Part shown: positions 52,001-61,000 of the stretch, piece by piece | Layout of the letters: each line of letters starts with the position of its first letter | Position numbering within the stretch: position 1 is the stretch's first letter | Source: Balanoglossus misakiensis | Lineage: Eukaryota; Animalia; Hemichordata | DNA length: 64,000 bases | NCBI GenBank assembly: GCA_040954595.2 | Contig: CM082596.2 | Span: 3,651,025 to 3,715,024 of the forward strand | Direction of reading: 5' to 3' | Notes under the pieces: generated by a model | What the model was told of the DNA's origin: nothing | Seen by the model: the letters and a program-made list of their open reading frames with translations, nothing else | Databases searched by the model: none | Program-made: the position numbers and the translations under genes

Positions 52001-55000
52001 GCTTGACATCAGCTGGAATTGCAGTTACATGTTCAGGTTTACTCTCTTTAATTTGTACATCACCAGCAGCTTCTAAGGGGATTGGTTGTTCTGTTTCACT
52101 GATCTCTGTTGGTTTTGTTTTCATTGGTTGACTGGGCACTGTCTCCTGTTCACCTGGTATTAATTTGAATTCAACTGTCTCTTCTATTGGTTGAATCTCT
52201 TCCTTCCGAATAGTTTCCACAGTTGTCAATGTCCTTGATACACCAGCAACATCTACTTCCTCTGCCTGTACCTCAATGTCTGTTGTTTCCTCAATTGTGT
52301 GCACCTCATGTTTTTTCATAACTTCAATGGTAGTGCTAACCAATGTCTCACCAGCAACATCTTTTTGATCTGCCACAACAGGAACCTCCTCAGCACCTTC
52401 TAACGGAAGAACTTGCTCTCGTTCAGAAGTATATTCAAGCCTAAGTTCAGCTGGGATAGGAGTGACGTGTTCTGGTTTGCCCAAAACTAATTGTGTGTCA
52501 CTTGTTGCTTCAAGTGGCAACAATTCTTCCTTTTCAGTGACCTCAGCAAGTTTCACTTCAGTTTGTGTAGATGGAACACTTTCTCTTTCATCAGGAGTTA
52601 TTTCGAGCTCCACAGCTTCTTCAAAGTCTCTGATTTCTTCCTTTTTGAGAACCTCATATGACACAGTTGTTTTTTCAGCTTCGGCCACACCCATCATGTC
52701 TGGTTTGATGACAATTTCCATGACTTCTTCAACAGGTCTAACTTCCTCCTTCCTTGTGATTACTACAGTAGTTGACACTCTTTCTTCGCCTGCAACTTCT
52801 TGTGTGTCCTGTGGTTCAACTAGAATTTCTTCTGGTTTCTCCCACTGGACTGTTTCCTCTTGTTTGAGTGGTTCTGTGGGTTGTCTTTGTGGTTTTAATG
52901 CGAGTGTTTCTTTTTGATCGACAGGCACTTCCACAGCTCCTTCTACAGCGACAACAATTTCTTGTTCTGGTGTGTACTCAAGTTTTAGTTCAGATGGCAA
53001 GGCGATGATTTTTTCAGGTTTCTCTTTGGTGGCATCAACTACATCAGTCATTTCAAGTTGAAGAGGTTCTAGTTGTTCAATGCCCTCTGAAACAACCTTT
53101 TCCATTGGACGACCTGCTACCTCTTTCTGTTCAAAATGAATTTGAACTTCAACTGCTTCTTCCATGGGCAGCACCTCTTCTTTTCGACTTATTGTCACAG
53201 TGGTGGATGTTCTTGTTTCCTCAGCAAACATTTCTGTATCTTTAGGGATTACAATGATATCTGCAGGCTTCTCCCACGGCACCATCTCTTCCTGTTTGAC
53301 AGCTTCAGTTGGTTCTCTGTGGGGTTTAACACTCATTTGCTTTTCTTCTACAGAGACTTCTGCCACCCTCTCCATTGCAATAGGTTCTTCCTGCTCAGTT
53401 GAATAAGTCAGTTTAAGTTCAGCTGGAATAGGTGTGATATGTTCCCCTTTCTGTTTTTCAACGAGGACTTCACCAGGGACCTCAAAAGATAAGAATTCTT
53501 GTTTTTCTATGCCCTCAGCAGGCAATCGGTCTGATGGTACAGCTGGTATTTTTTGCACACCTTCCAGTTTTATTTCAAATTCAACAGCTTCCTCAATACC
53601 CTCTATTTCTTCTTTTCTGGTCACTTCAACTGTGCTGACCACTTTTACTTCTTCTGCTACTCTTTCTGTATCCTTAGGAATTACTAAAATTTCTGTTGAT
53701 TTCTCCCATGAGATAGGCTCCTCATGTTTGACTGGTTCAGTCACTTCTTTTGAAGGTTTTGCTGCGACACGTTCTCTTTCCTCTGATGGCACTTGTTCTG
53801 TTTGTTCAACCGTCATCACAATTTCTCGTTCGGGAGTGTATTCAAGTTTCAATTCTGCAGGTATTGCAGGAACCCTTTCAGGCTTGGGTTTTGTTGCATC
53901 CACCTCCCCTGGTGCTTCAAAAGTTACTGGCTCTTCCCTGTCAGGAACTTCAGGTAGCAGCACCTTTGCGCGCAAAGCTGGAGCTGTCTCTTCTTTATCA
54001 ATGATGACTTCAATATCCAGGGCTTCTTCAACAGGTTGTACATATTCCTGCTCAGATGTTTCTTTCAAAGTCAAGTCTGGTTTTGGTTCAGTAACTTCTG
54101 CCTCGACTTCTGCAGGAGCTATGTCTTCTGCTGCTTCCCACTCGGGTGCATCAACTTGGGGACTTTCTGCGACAGGTAGTGAATCAATAAACTTCTGCAG
54201 CATATCTTGTTTTGGAAGACCAAGGTCTACCTCAGTTGGACCAACATCTTCCTCATGCACTTCAGTTGTAACTTGTTTCTCAACTGTTGTAGTTGTCACA
54301 GTGGTAACCTTCTTTGTAATTTCCATGATTTCAGGTTGATCATCCTTAGATATTGTTATAGTCTTGGTAGTGGTTTCAACATGTGCAGGTATGTCTTCTA
54401 AAATGAAACAAAATAAACAAAATAAAAATGGATTATTGAAACACATTGAACAGAAACACCATTGAGAAATAATTGCAATCAAAAACAGTGTGATTAATTA
54501 AACAACTGACTTAAGCATGGACAACTATATTCAAAGCGTATATTCATATGGTTTAAAAAAGACATGCAATCCAATATAATTGAATTTTCAGGGATGTGTT
54601 TGTTTTTATTTCATATGGCATTGATAACTCACCTGTTATTGTGACAACTTTTTCTACTCTCTCTGGAACTTCTCTCTCTGGAACTTCCACCATTTTATTG
54701 ACATACATCTCACAGAAAGCGGACACTGTGCCAACCTCATTCTCTGCACGGCACTCAAACTCAGCTTCATCTTCTTCTGTAACGGGGCTGATGACTAACA
54801 TGCAGTGACCATCCAATTCACTGATGCTTGTGTATCTTTTGCCTGTGACACGTTCTCCTTCACGGAACCACGTAACAGTAGGTTGAGGTGCACAATCTAT
54901 CCAGCATTCCAGAGTGGCTACATGACCTTCAGTAACCTCAACATCTTTCGGTTTTGATGTAATAACAGGTTTAGTTGGTTCAGGCTTTTCTTCTGGTTTT

Positions 55001-58000
55001 ATTTCAAATTCGATTGTCTCTATAACGTCTGGTTCTTTCCTTTCAATCAATGTCGTAACAGTCTCTGTCACATGGGTAACTTCTTCAACAATCTCTTCTT
55101 CTACAGGTTGCTCCATCTCAATTTTACGTGTTTCAATAACAACTTCTGGCTCTTCTTTTGGCATTTCCACCACCTTTTCCACAAACACCTCAAATACAGA
55201 AGAGACTGTTCCCAAAGGATTCTCAGCTCGGCATTCAAATTCTGCATCATCCTCTTCAGTGATGGGAGCAATTATCAAGAGGCATCTACCATCGGTTTCA
55301 TAGATGCTGGTGTAGCGATTACCACTCACTTTTTCACCATCTTTTAACCATGTTATTGTCGGTGTAGGAGAACCAGCCACTTTGCATTCCAATGTTGCGG
55401 TACTTCCTAGTGTTGGGTGGACATCAGTCAGTTCGCTAGTAATTTGAGGTTTTTCCTCTTCCGGTTTGATCTCAAATTCAATTGTCTCTACAACATCAGG
55501 TTCCTTCCTCTCAATCACTGTTGTTACAGTTTCTGTAACGGTGGTAACTTCTTCAACAATCTCTTCTTCAACCGGTTGTTCCATCTCAATTTTACGCGTT
55601 TCAATGACCACCTCTGGCTCTTCTTTTGGCATTTCTACGACCTTTTCAATAGATACATCAAAGAAAGACGAGACTGTTCCCAAAGGATTTTCAGCTCGAC
55701 ATTCAAATTCTGCATCATCCTCTTCAGTGATGGGAGCAATAATCAAGAGGCATCTACCATCGGTTTCATAGATGCTTGTGTAGCGATTTCCACTGACCTT
55801 TTCACCATCTTTTAACCATGTTATTGTCGGTGTAGGAGAACCAGTCACTTTGCATTCTAGCATTGCTGTTCTTCCAACTGTTAGGTGGACATCAGTAAGT
55901 TCACTAGTAATTTGTGGTTTTTCCTCTACTGGCTCTGGTCTTGTTTCTTCTTCAGGTCTTATCTCAAATTCAATTGTCTCTATAACATCTGGTTCCTTCC
56001 TCTCGATCACTGTTGTTACAGTTTCTGTAACGGTGGTGACTTCTTCAACAATCTCTTCTTCTACAGGTTGCTCCATCTCAATTTTACGTGTTTCAATGAC
56101 CACCTCTGGCTCTTCTTTGGGCATTTCTACGACCTTTTCAATAGATACATCAAAGAAGGACGAGACTGTTCCTAAAGGATTCTCAGCTCGACATTCAAAT
56201 TCTGCATCATCCTCTTCAGTGATGGGAGCAATTATCAAGAGGCATCTACCATCGGTTTCATAGATGCTGGTGTAGCGATTACCACTGACCTTTTCGCCAT
56301 CTTTCAACCATGTTATGGTCGGTGTAGGAGAACCAGTCACTTTGCATTCTAATGTTGCGGTACTTCCTAGTGTTGGGTGGACATCTGACTGTACACTAGT
56401 AATTTGCGGTTTTTCCTCTTCAGGAACAGGTATCTCTTCTTCCTCAGGTCTTATCTCAAATTCAATTGTCTCTATAACATCTGGTTCCTTCCTCTCGATC
56501 ACTGTTGTTACAGTTTCTGTTACAGTGGTGACTTCTTCAACAATCTCTTCTTCAACCGGTTGTTCCATCTCAATTTTACGTGTTTCAATGACCACCTCTG
56601 GCTCTTCTTTTGGCATTTCCACCACCTTTTCCACAAACACCTCAAATACAGAAGAGACTGTTCCCAAAGGATTCTCAGCTCGACATTCAAATTCTGCATC
56701 ATCCTCTTCAGTGATTGGAGCAATAATCAAGAGGCATCTACCATCGGTTTCATAGATGCTGGTGTAGCGATTACCACTGACCTTTTCGCCATCTTTCAAC
56801 CACGTTATTGTCGGTGTAGGAGAACCAGTCACTTTGCATTCTAATGTTGCGGTACTTCCTACAGTTAGGTGAACATCTGTAAGTTCACTAGTAATTTGAG
56901 GTTTTTCCTCTACTGGCTCTGGTCTTGTTTCTTCTTCAGGTCTTATCTCAAATTCAATTGTCTCTATAACCTCTGGTTCCTTCCTCTCGATCACTGTTGT
57001 TACAGTTTCTGTAACGGTGGTGACTTCTTCAACAATCTCTTCCTCTACTGGTTGTTCTATCTCAATTTTACGTGTTTCAATGACCACCTCTGGCTCTTCT
57101 TTTGGCATTTCTACGACCTTTTCAATAGATACATCAAAGAAGGACGAGACTGTTCCTAAAGGATTCTCAGCTCTGCATTCAAATTCTGCATCATCCTCTT
57201 CAGTAATTGGAGCAATTATCAAGAGGCATCTACCATCGGTTTCATAGATGCTTGTGTAGCGATTTCCACTCACTTTTTCACCATCTTTTAACCATGTTAT
57301 GGTAGGTGTAGGAAAGCCCTGTACTTGACATTCCAAAGATGCCTTTACCCCATGCTGAAAGGTAACATCTCTCCTACGTTCATCCTTAAATCGTGGTTTC
57401 TCATGTTGTGGCTCTTCTGGTTTTTCAAAGACAACCTCAACTTCCTTTTTCTCTGTGATTTCTATGAGTTCTTCAACAACTTCGGGTTCTTGTGGCAATT
57501 CAACCATCTTCTCAACATAGAGTTCGGCAAATGAAGAAACTGTGCCAGCTTCATTCGTAGCCCTCAGTTCATACTCAGCTTCATCGTCCAGAAGGGCTGG
57601 TGAAATAACTAGTGTACATGCACCATCAAGTTCGATAATACTAGTGTACCTCGGACTTGCAATTTCCTTTCCGTCTTTTAGCCACTGAATAGTTGGGTCT
57701 GGAACACCAGAAACTTTGCCCTCAAGCCGAACAGTGTCGCCCTCTGTAACTACAATATCTTCGAGCCTTGAAACGATTGTTGGTTTCTTGGGGACAGGTT
57801 TTACTGGTTCTTCTGTTGTTGGCAGTGCTTCAACTGGTGGCAGTGATGTCGGGGGTGGTGCTGTTTCAATCGGTGGCAAAGAAGCAAGACTGGCTTCCTC
57901 TTCCTCCTCTTCCTCTGGAAGTTCCTGGATGACACTCACAGGAGCGAATTCAGGGTAATAGTCAAGCTGTCCTCTCTGGAACTCGGCCACCACTTCAACA

Positions 58001-61000
58001 ATGAGATCAGCATAGCAGATTGATTTGCCTGCCACATTTACTGCTTTGCACATATACTCCGCATCGTCCTCTTCAGTAACACCATCAATCGTCATTGTGC
58101 ATTTGCCGTTCGGCGCATACGTCATTCTGATTGATGGGCTGGGCTTTATCGCACGTCCATCTCTAAACCAGGTAATTTCAGGTCGTGGATGTCCTTTAAC
58201 TTGGCATTCAAAGACTGCTGTTTGTCCCTCTTGAATGTCCACATCCTGCATTTGTTTGATGAACTTTGGTGGTATTGATCCTGGTGGCACCCTGGGTTTC
58301 TCTTTCTTCCTCTCTCTTTTTGGAGACGGCGGTTTAGGTTGCTTTTTAACTGTCACTTTAGCAAAACTAGACTTTTTATCGCCCTGTGTATTCATGGCTC
58401 TGCATTCAAAATGTGTTTCGTCGTCAGAGTGAATGTCCTTTATTTCGAGCATACAGTTGCCACTGTCGTCAGATTTCATGATAAAGCGATTACTTGGCAT
58501 GATCAATCTACCGGCCTTATACCACGAAATCTTTGGCTTTGGCTTGCCAGATATTTGGCAATGTAGTCTCACTGTGCTGCCCTTGAGGGCTTCTATGTCC
58601 AGCAATTCATTGACAAACAGAGGTGCTTCTGTTCCTGGTTTGGCAGCTTGTGGTTTCTCTACTGGTTCCACCCGTCTAGTAGGTTGTCCAGGTTCAGCTG
58701 CCTTCAATGGCTCGATTTTCTTTACTTCTGGCTTCATGACGATCTCAACCCTCTTCTTGGGTTCTGGTCTCCTTTCTGGAGTTGTCTTTAGGACTGGTTT
58801 TGGTTCAGGCTTTGTGACCACTTCATCAAAGGCTGTAGATTCAATACACAAAAAGCATATCTCAATCTTACTTGACAAATTAGTGCAATTTTCTAGCAAC
58901 AGTGTTTAAAACATAATGTTATTTAATGTAACAATAAAAAATACTCACCTAGAACATTAAGTTTTGCAGTGCAGGTTGCCGTTCCCAAAGGATTCGTTGC
59001 TTTACATGAATACTCTCCAGTATCATCTGGGAAGGCTTCACTGATCAGCAAGGACACTTTGTCACCATCAGTGATATATTGAAAGTCTGGAGAGTCTTGA
59101 ATTTCGGAATTGTTCCTAAACCATTTAATGGTAGGAGTTGGTTTCCCGGTAACTTTGCAATCAAAGCGTGCAGAGCTTCCTTCATTCACCCGCGTCTCTG
59201 TAAAGATTTCAGTAAACTTAGGCGCTTCTGCATCATCGGGCAGCTGCATTTCGACAGTAACTGGCCGTTCTTGGCTAATTTCGGCGTAGGACCGCTGAGA
59301 CCTGTGAGAAGGCGTCTCCACTTCTTCCACCACAGTCTCGGTGATAGTACGCGTTGTTGTTGTCTTGGTAACCTTCCTCACTTCCTCGACATCTTCCACA
59401 TCGGATGGAACAAAATCGATGAAGACCTGCCTCTCTGATTCGTCTTCACTACTGCTAATCAATCTAGTTACGTATGGGCGGGCAGGTCTGGTTGTTCTCA
59501 TGTATGACACTGGTCTACTCTGGTCTAACCCTATACGTATCCTCATTCGTCTGGACTCACTGGTGTCACTGTCAAGTGCCGAGTCCACTGTTTGAAATAA
59601 GCAAAATAAATAACATGATTTCACATTTTAAACAATACTTATGTTCAAAATTTACAAGAGCTTTGTAGTGTATGAGAAATCCATAAGAAATTCATAATAT
59701 ACATGTGTACATGTATGTCTAAAAATCCTTTCTGTCGGCACCATATCTTTCATACTCACCTCTGACAGTAAGACGTGCAATACATGATGACTCCCCAGCC
59801 TGGTTGGTCGCTTTAACCATGTACTCAGCATCGTCTTCTTGTCGTACATCGCGTATGATCAAACGACATCTACCGTCGTGTCTATACTCTATAGTTATTC
59901 GTCCTCCACGGTTGATTTCTTGACCTCGCTTGAACCACCGCACTGTAGGTCTCGGAGAGCCAACGATATGGACTTCGAAGACTCCAGTTCCTCCTTCTGT
60001 CGCTTCGACATTGGTGAGGTAGGTGATGAACGCTGGTGGTTCAGGCGCGACTTTTGTTCTTGGGGTGTGAACACGAGGTTCAATTTGGATTTCCAGATCA
60101 GATGTGTATTCTTCTGAGGCAATGATCAATGAACTTGTCATTCTCTGCTCTGTGTCACTCATTAAAGCTGGTGGTAGGATGAGAAATTTCAAATCATATG
60201 AATACAATAGTGAGACATAAATACATGCAATAGTAATGGCTCATAAGCCTCTTTGCTCCCATCGTAACATATATTACATGTAGTCAACCATCATTACATG
60301 ATGGCACAATTTTGGGCGTTTAAACCAACAGAACAAAGTAGACAAAAATCTAAATTCGGTAATCAAGTTTGTATTTCTTACCTTCTACAATGAGTTTAGC
60401 TGTACAAGAGGCTAACCCAGCAGCATTTTCTGCTTTGCAGGTTATCTTTCCGGCATCATCAAGGTACGTCTCTGGAATGAACAACTGACTTGTCCCATCA
60501 GCCCTGGTTGTGATTCTGAAATCAGGCGACGACTTGATTTCAAAGCCATTCCTGTACCATTTGATGTCTGGTTTTGGCGTGCCGGTAACCTGAACTTCGA
60601 ACCGTGCTGGCTCGCCTTCAAAGACTCTACAGTGATTGATGTATTTCGAAAAAGCTGGTGGATTTCTCTCTTCAGCCACCTGGATGACTTTATCACCATG
60701 GATGGTTTTTGTGATCATGCTACTTGTCTGTTTAGTCGCACGAGATACAATGATATCTCCTCCCTCGCGATGTTCTCTCACGACTTCCATCGTCTTGGGT
60801 GGTTTGAACTCCTCCATGTACGGCTTGACAAGTATTCCATCGTAAGGCAACATCTCGTCCAAGTCAATGTCCACATCTGAAGCCATTTCTTTATCAGCAC
60901 TGTAGGCCTCACTGACTTCACCAAACGACTCGCTGATGCTGGTCGTCACAGCTAAGCTCACATCGGCTGCGAGGGGAGAGAATGTAGAATCAAGGGCACC

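Noticed and set aside
10857-59595. Many long Ser/Thr-rich or Phe-rich plus-strand ORFs
   Set aside because: Antisense shadows of the Glu/Val/Pro-rich minus-strand exons; they mirror the exon repeats and have no domain signal
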